DNA of 64,000 bases from an uncultured Candidatus Saccharibacteria bacterium (GTDB taxonomy: Bacteria > Patescibacteriota > Minisyncoccia > Phycocordibacterales > UBA5272), in contig CAZJDZ010000002.1 in the NCBI GenBank assembly GCA_964544935.1, positions 30,668-94,667 on the forward strand. The letters run 5' to 3'. The notes under the pieces are model-generated. The model searched no databases. It was given only the letters and a program-made list of their open reading frames with translations, and was not told where the DNA came from. Both the position numbers and the translations under genes were made by a program. Positions within the stretch are counted from its first letter, which is position 1. Every line of letters begins with the position of its first letter. This document shows positions 16,280-26,182 of this stretch, one piece after another.

Positions 16280-17554
16280 CTACTTCGAAAATGGCTTTGA
16301 GAATTTCTCCACTGTCTCACTGATTCGAAGGAGTTCGTTATATTTTGCAAGCCTCTCAGTGCGTGAAAGAGACCCTGTCTTAATTTGTCCAGCACCAGAA
16401 GCAACCGCTATATGTGCAATAGTCACATCTTCAGTCTCTCCTGATCTGTGAGAAATAATAGTGTTCATTCCGTGGCTATGAGCAAGCTCAATTGCGTCAA
16501 TAGTTTCTGAAAGTGTTCCTATTTGATTAACTTTGATCAGTACTGCATTTGCAGAGCGTTCTTCTATGCCACGTTTAATATAAATTGTATTAGTAACAAA
16601 AAGGTCATCTCCTACGAGCTGTACTACATCACCAAGATTTTCATTGAGTTTTTTCCAAGAATCCCAATCGTTCTCATCTAACCCATCTTCAATAGAAACT
16701 ATAGGGAAGTCACGCATGAGTTCGGTGAGATAGGTTATCATTTCTTTACTAGAGAGTTTTTTATTTTCACATGCAAGCGTGTAGATTCCGTTGTCATATA
16801 ATTCACTTGCTGCAATATCTAGTGCAAATGCTATATCTTTTCCAACAATAAGACCTGCCGCCTCTACGGCTTTTGTTAAAATGGTTAGTGCTTCACGATT
16901 ACTTGTTGCATTGATAAGAGGGAAACCTCCTTCATCACCTACACCACTTCCTCCACGAGCATTCATCATCTCACGAAGTTTATAAAAAACTCGAGTTGAA
17001 TATTCAAGAGCTTCCTCAAATGTTTCGCCACGAAGTGGTACAATCATCCATTCTTGAAAATCGGTCGAGTGAGGAGCATGTTTGCCACCATTTAAGACAT
17101 TGATAAGCGGAGTTGGGATAGAGGGTTCTTTTTGAAAGTTGAATTCTTCACGGAGATGCTTATGAAGGGGAATGTTTTTATGTATTGCATGAGCTTTTGC
17201 AAAGGCAAGTGAGAGTGCAAGAATTGCATTTGCTCCATAATTTGATTTATTTGGGGTTCCATCAAGTGAGATAAGATGTGCATCAAATTCTCGTTGAGAA
17301 GAAAATTCTTTTTCAAGAATAGTTGGGGTTATTTTAGTACGTATAGCAGTAAGTGCTTTTTGAACACCTTTTCCATCATAGGCAATATCTCCATCACGAA
17401 GCTCAAGTGCTTCTCGAGAGCCAGTTGATGCGCCAGATGGGACACTGGCTCTTCCTGTGCTACCATCTGCAAGCATTAGTTCTGCTTCAACAGTTGGATA
17501 TCCACGAGAATCAAGAATGGTACGAGCAAGTATTTGCGTTATTTTCATATGCAT
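16280..17554 (-). CDS. eno: Enolase
   Basis: 424 aa; full-length family match including the SHRSGETED motif. Confidence 0.92.
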   Translation of the reverse strand: MHMKITQILARTILDSRGYPTVEAELMLADGSTGRASVPSGASTGSREALELRDGDIAYDGKGVQKALTAIRTKITPTILEKEFSSQREFDAHLISLDGTPNKSNYGANAILALSLAFAKAHAIHKNIPLHKHLREEFNFQKEPSIPTPLINVLNGGKHAPHSTDFQEWMIVPLRGETFEEALEYSTRVFYKLREMMNARGGSGVGDEGGFPLINATSNREALTILTKAVEAAGLIVGKDIAFALDIAASELYDNGIYTLACENKKLSSKEMITYLTELMRDFPIVSIEDGLDENDWDSWKKLNENLGDVVQLVGDDLFVTNTIYIKRGIEERSANAVLIKVNQIGTLSETIDAIELAHSHGMNTIISHRSGETEDVTIAHIAVASGAGQIKTGSLSRTERLAKYNELLRISETVEKFSKPFSK

Positions 17555-17606
17555 AAGTATACATCATCTGTGGATGCTGGTAGATGTACATGATAAACTA
17601 TAACGA

Positions 17607-19259
17607 ATGACAAAAATATACATATACGATACACAAGCACCAGAAAAAGTTTTTTTTGATACAGCGCTTGCCTCGCTTAATCCTGTGTATGTAGAAAGTC
17701 CTATCTCTCAAGAAACTATTTCTCCTGACGCAGAGATTATCTCTGTTTTTGTTTCAAGTAAAGTAACAAGAGAGTTCATGGACATGATGCCTAATCTCAA
17801 GCTCATTGCTACACGGTCAACAGGATTTGATCATATTGATGTGGCTGCAGCAGAAGAAAAAGGGATCACTGTTGTTTTTGTGCCAAGTTATGGAGAACAT
17901 ACTGTGGCAGAATATGCTTTTGGCTTACTACTTGGTCTATCTCGAAGAATTCCAGAAGCAGTTGCTCTTATTAAAGAGACTTCATTTGTTGATCATAAAC
18001 TAGTTAGAGGATTTGATCTTTTTGGAAAAACGCTTGGTGTCGTTGGTGCAGGGAGAATCGGTAAAAAAATGATAACTATTGCAAAAGGTTTTGGAATGAA
18101 TGTTGTTGTGTATGATCCTTTTCAGGATCCTGTGGCTGCTCAGCAGTTAGGGTTTACATATGTATCAATTGAAGAACTGTGTATAACAGCAGATGCAATT
18201 ACGCTCCATATGCCGGCGACAGCAGAGAATTATCATCTTTTTAATCGTGAAGCATTTAGTAAGATGAAACAAGGTGTGTATATTATTAATACATCCCGTG
18301 GAGAGTTGATTGATACACAAGCACTCATTGAAGCACTCAAAGAAGGAAAAGTGGGTGGGGCAGGGCTTGATGTATGTGAAGGTGAAGAGCTTCTCAAGAA
18401 GAGTTCTTCAGTTGATATTTTTACACAAGAGAATAATGCTGATACGCTAAAGTATTCTGTTGAAATTTCTATGTTAAAAGAAATGCATAATGTGCTTCTT
18501 ACTCCACATATTGCTTATAATACAGTAGAAGCGCTTCTTAGAATTTGTGCAACTACTAGCGAGAATATCTATGGGTTTTTAGGAGGGAATGTTATAAACC
18601 CAGTAGGAAAAGTGAAAAAAGTTTTTGGTAAATTGATTCTTGTTCGTCATACAGAGTCAGAATGGAATGCAAAAGGAATTTGGACAGGAAGTCGAGATGC
18701 GCATCTAACAGATAAAGGATTTGAAGATGCAAGACTTCTCGGAGAATTGATTATAGATGTTCATATTGATCATGCATACGCTTCGCTTCAAGTAAGAACT
18801 ATGGAGACACTTTCTTCTATGCTTGGGACTATGCGACAGCCTACAGTTTCAATTACTCGTGATCAGGTTTTGAACGAACGAGATTATGGAGAATATACAG
18901 GAAAGAATAAACATGACATGAAAGAGCTTCTAGGTGAAGAGATGTTTGAAAAAGTGAGACGTGGATGGGATGTACCTATTCCTTCTGGTGAGACCTTAAA
19001 AATGGTTAATGAACGTGTCGTACCTTATTATCTTTCAAATATTCTTCCGCGTATTAAGAATGGTGAGAATGTGCTTGTTGTGTCTCATGGGAATGCGTTG
19101 CGTGCTCTTATTAAGTACATTGAATCTCTTTCTGATGAAGCGATTGAAAATACAGAGATGATGTTTGGGGGTGTTGTTATATATACAATAAATGAAGAAG
19201 GAAAATCTCTCGCTAAAGAAGAGAAAAAAACTGCTTCTGTATCATACGACCATGTTTAG
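17607..19259 (+). CDS. Fusion protein: D-isomer-specific 2-hydroxyacid dehydrogenase (NAD-binding) at the N-terminus and a histidine-phosphatase/phosphoglycerate-mutase domain at the C-terminus
   Basis: N-terminus has GVVGAGRIGKKM Rossmann motif and catalytic LTPHIAYNT. C-terminus has LVRHTESEWN (the RHGxxxWN motif of dPGM-family enzymes). Confidence 0.8.
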   Translation: MTKIYIYDTQAPEKVFFDTALASLNPVYVESPISQETISPDAEIISVFVSSKVTREFMDMMPNLKLIATRSTGFDHIDVAAAEEKGITVVFVPSYGEHTVAEYAFGLLLGLSRRIPEAVALIKETSFVDHKLVRGFDLFGKTLGVVGAGRIGKKMITIAKGFGMNVVVYDPFQDPVAAQQLGFTYVSIEELCITADAITLHMPATAENYHLFNREAFSKMKQGVYIINTSRGELIDTQALIEALKEGKVGGAGLDVCEGEELLKKSSSVDIFTQENNADTLKYSVEISMLKEMHNVLLTPHIAYNTVEALLRICATTSENIYGFLGGNVINPVGKVKKVFGKLILVRHTESEWNAKGIWTGSRDAHLTDKGFEDARLLGELIIDVHIDHAYASLQVRTMETLSSMLGTMRQPTVSITRDQVLNERDYGEYTGKNKHDMKELLGEEMFEKVRRGWDVPIPSGETLKMVNERVVPYYLSNILPRIKNGENVLVVSHGNALRALIKYIESLSDEAIENTEMMFGGVVIYTINEEGKSLAKEEKKTASVSYDHV

Positions 19260-20283
19260 TCTACATAACACAAAACCAAGAATTGTTGCAACACTTGGCC
19301 CAAGTAGCGAAGCACTAGAAGTGTTGACTGACATGGTGGTACACGGAATGAGCATCACACGGTTTAACTTTAGTCATGGAGATCACGAGGCACAAGCAAA
19401 AAGATTTGAGACACTTAAGCAAGTGACGAGTGCTACAGGGGCCACGGTACATACATTTGCAGACCTTTCCGGCCCTAAGGTCCGTATTGGGCAGCTTGAA
19501 GCAAGTTCTTATGAACTTCTTGAAGGAGATACTTTTGTTTTGACTACACGTACTTTAGTAGGAACACAAGGTATCGCATCGGTTCAGTTTGAAGAATTTA
19601 TTGTGGGAATGGTGCCCCAGATGCAAATACTTATTGATGATGGAAGAATTGAACTTGAGGTTACGGAAGTCCATGAGACTGATGTGGTTACTCGAATAGT
19701 GCGAGGTGGAACTCTTTTTCCTGAAAAAGGAGTAAATATTCCTCATGGACTTACTGCGCTTGGGAGTCTTACAGATAAAGACAGAGCAGATATGGTTTTT
19801 GCTATCAAAACTGGATATGATGCAGTTGCGCTTTCTTTTGTGCGCAAAAAAGAAGATATAGAAGAAGCAAGGTCACACATGATGGAGCATGGAGGAAAAA
19901 TTGTGCCCATTATTGCAAAGCTTGAAACAAGACAGGCGATGGCCAACCTAGAGAGTATTATAGAGGCTGCAGATGTTGTTATGGTTGCACGTGGTGACTT
20001 AGGGGTGGAAGTTGGCATTGCACATGTTCCAATGTATCAAAAAGAAATATGTGAAATTGCAAAGAAGTATAACAAGCCTGTAATCGTAGCAACACAAATG
20101 CTTGAATCAATGGTAGAGTCTCCTGTCCCAACACGAGCAGAAGTAAGCGATGTGGTTAATGCTGTTTTAGATGGGGCATCATATGTCATGCTCTCTGACG
20201 AAACAACAATTGGCAAACACCCGGTGGAGTGCGTGCAGACACTTGCTTCAATTCTCAAAGAGTATAAAGTTGATTCAATCTAG
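19252..20283 (+). CDS. pyk: Pyruvate kinase, short form of ~343 aa without the C-terminal regulatory domain
   Basis: IVATLGPSS, FSHG, MVARGDLGVE motifs. The start overlaps the upstream stop (ATGTTTAG). Confidence 0.85.
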   Translation: MFSLHNTKPRIVATLGPSSEALEVLTDMVVHGMSITRFNFSHGDHEAQAKRFETLKQVTSATGATVHTFADLSGPKVRIGQLEASSYELLEGDTFVLTTRTLVGTQGIASVQFEEFIVGMVPQMQILIDDGRIELEVTEVHETDVVTRIVRGGTLFPEKGVNIPHGLTALGSLTDKDRADMVFAIKTGYDAVALSFVRKKEDIEEARSHMMEHGGKIVPIIAKLETRQAMANLESIIEAADVVMVARGDLGVEVGIAHVPMYQKEICEIAKKYNKPVIVATQMLESMVESPVPTRAEVSDVVNAVLDGASYVMLSDETTIGKHPVECVQTLASILKEYKVDSI

Positions 20284-20356
20284 AATTAGTATTGTAAGGA
20301 ATAGATTCATACAAGAAGTTGTAGTTTTTTTAAGTGATATACTTTACTGTAATTAT

Positions 20357-20896
20357 ATGAAAAAAAGTTTACTCGTTGCAGGTGGATGTTTCTGGTGTGT
20401 TGAACATGATTTACGTGAAGCATCAGGGGTAACAAAAGTTATTTCAGGATATTCTGGTGGTGATAGCACTAATCCAACATACGAAGATCATACAGGTCAT
20501 CGAGAGGTTGTTCTTGTTGAATATGATGATACAAAAACAACGTATAAAAAATTACTACAGTTTTTTATTGATCACATTGATCCAACTGATACAGGCGGTC
20601 AGTTTGGTGATCGTGGAGAAAGTTATAAGACCGCAATGTACTATGAAAATGATGAAGAACAAATGATTGCAAGAGGAGTGCTTAAAGAATTACAGGAAAG
20701 TGGTGTCTATGCTAAACCTGTTACCGTTGATATTGTGCCAAGAAAAAAGTTTTATCAAGCAGAAGAGTATCATCAAAACTATGCAGATAAAAATCCATTA
20801 AGGTACAGTCTTTATAGACAAGGTTCAGGAAGAGAAGATTTTGTAAATACAACATGTGCAATTCGAGATGAAAAGAAGGTTATATGGAAGGAGTAG
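20357..20896 (+). CDS. msrA: Peptide methionine sulfoxide reductase MsrA
   Basis: GGCFWCVE active-site motif at the N-terminus. Start taken at the internal ATG at 20357. Confidence 0.85.
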   Translation: MKKSLLVAGGCFWCVEHDLREASGVTKVISGYSGGDSTNPTYEDHTGHREVVLVEYDDTKTTYKKLLQFFIDHIDPTDTGGQFGDRGESYKTAMYYENDEEQMIARGVLKELQESGVYAKPVTVDIVPRKKFYQAEEYHQNYADKNPLRYSLYRQGSGREDFVNTTCAIRDEKKVIWKE

Positions 20897-20955
20897 TCAG
20901 TTTATTTTTGACATTTTATTACATGTAGTGCAGTGTTTTCATTTTATAAAAATGC

Positions 20956-20982
20956 TTGACAAGCAAAAATCAAACGTATACT
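20956..20982 (+). promoter_or_regulatory. Promoter TTGACA-N15-TATACT
   Basis: gcttgacaagcaaaaatcaaacgTATACT. Confidence 0.4.
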
Positions 20983-21128
20983 ATTAGAACATACTATAGT
21001 GAAGACAAAGACTCGTATACCCGCCATTTGGACGCTAGGGATACGAAGAGTCAGTAGCGTAACCGGTCACTTGAGATAGTCATAATTGTTTGTTATGAGT
21101 ATCTCTCTCACATGATCCAAACGCCCTT

Positions 21129-21158
21129 CACGAGGGCGTTTCTTGTCTTACAACTATA
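21129..21158 (+). terminator. Hairpin aaacgccc-ttcacga-gggcgttt with a weak T-tail; possible end of a ~170-nt small transcript
   Basis: 8-bp stem followed by cttgtctt. Confidence 0.35.
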
Positions 21159-21328
21159 GGGTTTACAGGTTCTTTTTAAAAAAGTAGTTCTTTTATGGAA
21201 TAAGGCAATATTTCCTAGGAAAAATTTTGTCCCATACAGATGTCCTTTATCATAAGACCAAACCAGAAATGGTTGTGGTGTGTAAGTAGTATCTTTATTA
21301 TTAATCCTTTTAATCTAATTCTAAAGAT

Positions 21329-24300
21329 ATGAAAGCAAATCCATTTTTGATTACGCAAAATCAACAATCCCCCCATGTAAATTTGTATAGGACAAAAAGA
21401 AATAGAATATTGTCTTTTATACAAATATGTGTACTCTTCGTAGCCCCTCTCTTTACAGGAGGTGTGCAGTCTGTTTTTGCAGAAGGAGAGGCAACACCTG
21501 TTATTAGTTTTTCTCAAGTTTCTGATATAGCTATTCCAGCAACAGATACTTCTGGTGCAATTGTTAGTTATACTGCTCCAACTGCATCTGAATATGATGA
21601 AACTTCAGGAAACACAAACAATCTTCCTGTTGCTTGTATTCCAGATACTGGAACATTGTTTTCGATGGGCTCTACTTCTGTTACTTGTACAGCAACAAGT
21701 CAAATAGATAGTGGAATCACCTCATCAGTGTCTTTTACTGTTGCTGTTGCGGATATGAACGCTCCAGTAATTACCATCACCGGATCTTCATCAGAAACGC
21801 TTACTGTTGGTGACATATTTGTTGACCAAGGAGCAACAGCACTTGATGATGTTGACGGAGACGTTACTAGCTCTATTACAAGTTCAAGTACTGTGGATAC
21901 AGCAATGATTGGATCATATGCTGTTACATATGCTGTCTCTGATATAGCGGGTAATATGTCATCTCTTGTTCGAAGTGTTGAAGTTGTAGCTTCTTCTTCA
22001 GATAACCAAGCAACATCCACAGTTGATATTTTCTCTTCAGTTAATGGCATGGGAGATATTACTCCCAACGGAACAACAACTCTAAATCTTGGAGATTCAC
22101 AAACATACACAATAACACCTCAAGATGGTTATAAAATAGACAAGCTTGTTATTGATGGACAGGATACTAATGCTACAACAAGTTATACATTTGCCTCGAC
22201 TACAGAAAGTCACACTATAACAGCTTTCTTTTCACCGATAAGTCAAGGAGGTGGAGGAGGTTCCCAAGATGTTCCACCAGTAGGCCCAACTACTGCATCA
22301 AGCTCAACTCATGTAATAAATGCTACAAGTAGTGTTCATGATATTAGTGTTGAATGGGACATGGCGACAGGAACACTTCCAGTTAGTGGTTACTCGTATA
22401 TTTTTGACAGCAGTGCATCTAGTTCACCTGATGCAGTTATTGATACTGACGGTCTATTTGCTACAAGTACTCTCGCAGATGGGGAGTGGTACTTCCATGT
22501 TCAAGCAATTGATAGTAATGGAAATATAGGAATTGTTCTTAGTGTTGGTCCATATATCATTCAAACTGACTCAACTTCGACTGACACCACTTCTCCAACT
22601 ACACCTGTACCAACAGTTGTACAAACAGGATCAAGTACAGCCACACTCTCGTGGACTACATCTACTGATGATGTTGCTGTTGTCTCATACCTCTATGGAT
22701 TCTCTACATCATCTGACACACTTCCTACCACACTTGTCTCTGGCACAACAACATCAGTTGATGTGACTCTAGAAGACGGTATCTGGTATGCATCCGTACA
22801 AGCAGTTGATGCTGCAGGGAATGCTTCTCTTGTTGGAACAACAACAAGTTTGGTTGTGGATACGGGAAGACCAGTGATTACCCTAAACGGTACTTCAACA
22901 GTTACACTCTACCTCCATGATTCCTACACAGAACAAGGAGCAACTGCATTTGATGATATCTATGGAGACATAACTTCATCAATACAAATGCTTGGTAGTG
23001 TTGATACAGACACAGTAGGTGATTACACCATTACGTATGTTGTTACTGATGCTTCAGGAAACATTGCAAATCCTGTTGTGCGTACCATTCATGTGATTGC
23101 AGACACCACTTCTCCAACTACACCTGTACCAACAGTTGTACAAACAGGATCAAGTACAGCCACACTCTCGTGGACTACATCTACTGATGATGTTGCTGTT
23201 GTCTCATACCTCTATGGATTCTCTACATCATCTGACACACTTCCTACCACACTTGTCTCTGGCACAACAACATCAGTTGATGTGACTCTAGAAGACGGTA
23301 TCTGGTATGCATCCGTACAAGCAGTTGATGCTGCAGGGAATGCTTCTCTTGTTGGAACAACAACAAGTTTGGTTGTGGATACGGGAGCTCCAACTGCAGT
23401 AACAAACATCAGTGGATCAGTTCCTTTGTCTTTACCGACAGATACTCATGATATTACTGTTACATGGAGTCCTTCGTTCGATGGTATTTCGGGAATACAA
23501 GGGTACTCATTTGTTTTTGATACAAATAGTAGTACCACTCCTGACGGTATTATTGATGTAGCCACAACAAGTGCGGCAGTAACGCTACCGTATGGGACAT
23601 ATTACTTCCATGTAAGATCAGTTGATGTTTTGGGGAATGTTTCAGCAGTAGAGCATTATGGGCCATTTGTTTTATCAGAAACAAATATTACCATTACTGA
23701 TTCGACATATAACGGTACATATTATTCATTCTATTCACCTACTAGACAAGAAGGAATAGATCTTGGAATTACGGGAGATACACGTATTAGTAATTCTGTT
23801 ATCAGTAGTTCTACCGTTGCTAGTTCAGAGATAGCTTCAAGTACTGTTACTGATAGTGAAGTAGTAGACTCTGTCATTTCGGGAGCATCTATTGTAAGCA
23901 GTATTCTTCGGTTTCTTAATGGAGTTAACGCAGTAATACAGAATAATCTTGTTACATCCGGTACCTTTATTTTGCCAACAGGGAATGCTTACACTGTAAC
24001 AACCCCAGTTGCAGTTGATGAGATTGCTAATGATAAACCGCAAGCTGGGTTTAGTGTATCTGGGTATGATTATAGCTTGCACTTCAAAGATACTAGTTAT
24101 GATAGAGATGAAAACGAAGGAGTCTTTAACGATAGATGGACCATCTTTATAGATTTTGGAGATGGTACAACATTCTCAACGACTACGAGTACTTTGGGAC
24201 TGACAATCGATCACACATATGCACGATCTATTCAGTACAATGTACTCTACCGAGTTACAGATATACAAGGAGAGTCCTCGTCTGTAACACAGGCTATAAC

Positions 24301-24685
24301 GTTAGCATTTCCATCACCTCCATCGGTGTATACAATAGGAGGTGGAGGAGGATGGTTTTCTTCAGATGTTTGGTTTAAACCTGAGAACGCCACAACGTCT
24401 CCTATGGTTCTTGAAGAAAAAAATCTACCAGCTACTTCTACGCTACAGATCGTAACAAAAAGTAAGATGGGGAATGTGCGAAATAAAGTAACTTCTCTGC
24501 GAACAAAAGTTATGGCAGTATCTAATCCAACAAAACACTCATCTGATTTGTATGCAAATGCATCAACTCCAAAAGAGAATGGTACAGATACAGTAAGTGC
24601 TGTGGCTCCCGGAGTGACTACAAAAACATCTTCAAACTTTTTCCTAAAAGTTTTAGGAAAAGTAAAGAGTTTCTTGGGATTCTAA
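21329..24685 (+). CDS. Giant secreted/surface protein of 1118 aa, rich in Thr, Ser, Val and Asp, with repeated Ig/HYR-like modules; putative adhesin
   Basis: N-terminal signal/anchor. Repeated motifs (VTYxVSD/VTDxxGN, LSWTTSTDDVAV) and a perfect internal module duplication. Confidence 0.75.
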   Translation: MKANPFLITQNQQSPHVNLYRTKRNRILSFIQICVLFVAPLFTGGVQSVFAEGEATPVISFSQVSDIAIPATDTSGAIVSYTAPTASEYDETSGNTNNLPVACIPDTGTLFSMGSTSVTCTATSQIDSGITSSVSFTVAVADMNAPVITITGSSSETLTVGDIFVDQGATALDDVDGDVTSSITSSSTVDTAMIGSYAVTYAVSDIAGNMSSLVRSVEVVASSSDNQATSTVDIFSSVNGMGDITPNGTTTLNLGDSQTYTITPQDGYKIDKLVIDGQDTNATTSYTFASTTESHTITAFFSPISQGGGGGSQDVPPVGPTTASSSTHVINATSSVHDISVEWDMATGTLPVSGYSYIFDSSASSSPDAVIDTDGLFATSTLADGEWYFHVQAIDSNGNIGIVLSVGPYIIQTDSTSTDTTSPTTPVPTVVQTGSSTATLSWTTSTDDVAVVSYLYGFSTSSDTLPTTLVSGTTTSVDVTLEDGIWYASVQAVDAAGNASLVGTTTSLVVDTGRPVITLNGTSTVTLYLHDSYTEQGATAFDDIYGDITSSIQMLGSVDTDTVGDYTITYVVTDASGNIANPVVRTIHVIADTTSPTTPVPTVVQTGSSTATLSWTTSTDDVAVVSYLYGFSTSSDTLPTTLVSGTTTSVDVTLEDGIWYASVQAVDAAGNASLVGTTTSLVVDTGAPTAVTNISGSVPLSLPTDTHDITVTWSPSFDGISGIQGYSFVFDTNSSTTPDGIIDVATTSAAVTLPYGTYYFHVRSVDVLGNVSAVEHYGPFVLSETNITITDSTYNGTYYSFYSPTRQEGIDLGITGDTRISNSVISSSTVASSEIASSTVTDSEVVDSVISGASIVSSILRFLNGVNAVIQNNLVTSGTFILPTGNAYTVTTPVAVDEIANDKPQAGFSVSGYDYSLHFKDTSYDRDENEGVFNDRWTIFIDFGDGTTFSTTTSTLGLTIDHTYARSIQYNVLYRVTDIQGESSSVTQAITLAFPSPPSVYTIGGGGGWFSSDVWFKPENATTSPMVLEEKNLPATSTLQIVTKSKMGNVRNKVTSLRTKVMAVSNPTKHSSDLYANASTPKENGTDTVSAVAPGVTTKTSSNFFLKVLGKVKSFLGF
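22583..22867 (+). repeat. 285-nt perfect direct repeat, copy A, inside the surface-protein gene
   Basis: Identical to 23102-23386; offset 519 nt, i.e. 173 codons. Confidence 0.9.
23102..23386 (+). repeat. 285-nt perfect direct repeat, copy B
   Basis: Identical to 22583-22867. Confidence 0.9.
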
Positions 24686-24695
24686 AGAGCGTATA

Positions 24696-24741
24696 AAAAA
24701 ACAAAAAACACTTGAAATACCAAGTGTTTTTTGTTTTTTTA
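24696..24741. terminator. Bidirectional terminator (aaaaaacacttg-aaatac-caagtgtttttt) between convergent genes
   Basis: 12-bp stem flanked by A and T runs. Confidence 0.65.
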
Positions 24742-24748
24742 TACACAT

Positions 24749-25228
24749 TTATTTTTTATAGTAATGTAAGTGTTTAAATATTTTGAGAATAAGGATTGTA
24801 GAGAAAATTCCAATTAAACCTCCCGCCATAATATCTATAGAATAATGTGCATGTAAATATATTCGTGAATAACTTACTAGCACAAACCATCCTGTTGCGA
24901 GTGTATAAAGTGTTCTCTTCAGTATTTTATTTTTTATATGAAGGTGAACATAATGAATACTAAGTGACATGACCACTGCGGCCATAGTTGCATGTCCTGA
25001 AGGGAAGCGATAATCATGTTCAGTAACAAGCATATTTAATGGGCGAGGAACTTGTAAAAGGTATTTAAGTGTATAGGTAATACACATGGCAAGTACAGTT
25101 GTAAAAAATACTTTATAAAATTCTTTACTATCATGAAAAATGTAAAGTGCTATAGCGACACTGCACAACGCAATACACATAGGTATTGGCCCTGATATTT
25201 GCGAAATAAAAATTTGAAAAGTAAACAT
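24749..25228 (-). CDS. PAP2-family phosphatase (undecaprenyl-diphosphatase-like membrane protein)
   Basis: KYLLQVPRP, PSGH and SRIYLHAHYSIDIMAG, which are the three PAP2 signature motifs. Confidence 0.75.
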   Translation of the reverse strand: MFTFQIFISQISGPIPMCIALCSVAIALYIFHDSKEFYKVFFTTVLAMCITYTLKYLLQVPRPLNMLVTEHDYRFPSGHATMAAVVMSLSIHYVHLHIKNKILKRTLYTLATGWFVLVSYSRIYLHAHYSIDIMAGGLIGIFSTILILKIFKHLHYYKK

Positions 25229-25321
25229 GTTTATAAGCTGTAGAGTAGAAGCGCTTTTGTGTATGTGATTAGTATATACAATTATATTCTTTATTTACTA
25301 ATTGGTGATATACTTGTGTAC

Positions 25322-26026
25322 ATGAAGAAGAAAGTAATGCTCACTGTTATTGTGCTCGTTATTCTCGTTGGAGGGGTTATCGTTATTCGTCAGCACCCAC
25401 TTGAAGAAAAACTTAAAGTCTTCCAAATTATCAAAAAACCAACAACATCTACAGCTGTGTTTACTTGCGCAGATAAAAAAAACATCAAAACTGTTTTTTA
25501 TAAAGATAGTGTCGATCTCACTCTAAGTGATGCGCGGCACATGGTTTTGCCACAGGCTACTTCTGCCTCAGGAGCAAGATATGCCAACAAGGACGAGTCA
25601 TTTGTTTTTTGGAATAAAGGAAATACCGCTTTTATTGAAGAAGGTTCCTTAACTACATTCAAAGAATGTGTAACATCCGGTTTTCAAGCAGAAATGCCAT
25701 CACCTAGTATACAGGTTAGTGATGCAGCATCACTTAATTGTGTCAAAGTAGGAGGTCATGTTTCTTTTATGGAAAAAGAAGACGGCACTCAGTATTCATT
25801 GTGTTACTTTGAAGAGAATCGAGCATGTGAAGTTGGTGCACTTATGCGAGATGAATGTCCTGTTGGGGGTAGAAAAACAATAGGTTTTGATACGATTGAC
25901 CAGAAATATTGCGCATGGCTTGGTGGGGAGACATTGGCAACGGAAAACTCTGTATGTACATTTGTAGGTGGCTCTACTTGCACAACAAAGGAATTGTATA
26001 ATGGTACATGTGTGCCTAAAAAATAG
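25322..26026 (+). CDS. Secreted protein with an MliC-like lysozyme-inhibitor domain and a C-terminal Cys-rich DUF333-like domain
   Basis: TM or signal at the N-terminus. The ASGARYANKDESFVFWNKGNTAF segment resembles MliC. C-terminal Cys pattern CYFEENRACEVGALMRDECPVGG. Family resemblance is from memory. Confidence 0.55.
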   Translation: MKKKVMLTVIVLVILVGGVIVIRQHPLEEKLKVFQIIKKPTTSTAVFTCADKKNIKTVFYKDSVDLTLSDARHMVLPQATSASGARYANKDESFVFWNKGNTAFIEEGSLTTFKECVTSGFQAEMPSPSIQVSDAASLNCVKVGGHVSFMEKEDGTQYSLCYFEENRACEVGALMRDECPVGGRKTIGFDTIDQKYCAWLGGETLATENSVCTFVGGSTCTTKELYNGTCVPKK

Positions 26027-26182
26027 ATTTTGCTTATTTTTGTAATAAATGGAGCGCAATGTATGTATTAGAAGTAATACCTTTAAGATTTGCTGTGTAC
26101 TCTGTGCTGTATCAAATATAAGAAATAGATAAACAGTAGAGACAGTCCATGAAAATGATTTTATAAAAAATATTTACAAATT

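Noticed and set aside
22583-23386. Paired ~285-nt repeats in a surface-protein gene as a possible DGR template/variable-repeat pair
   Set aside because: The copies are 100% identical, so there are no adenine-specific differences. No reverse transcriptase gene is nearby. Interpreted as a module duplication.
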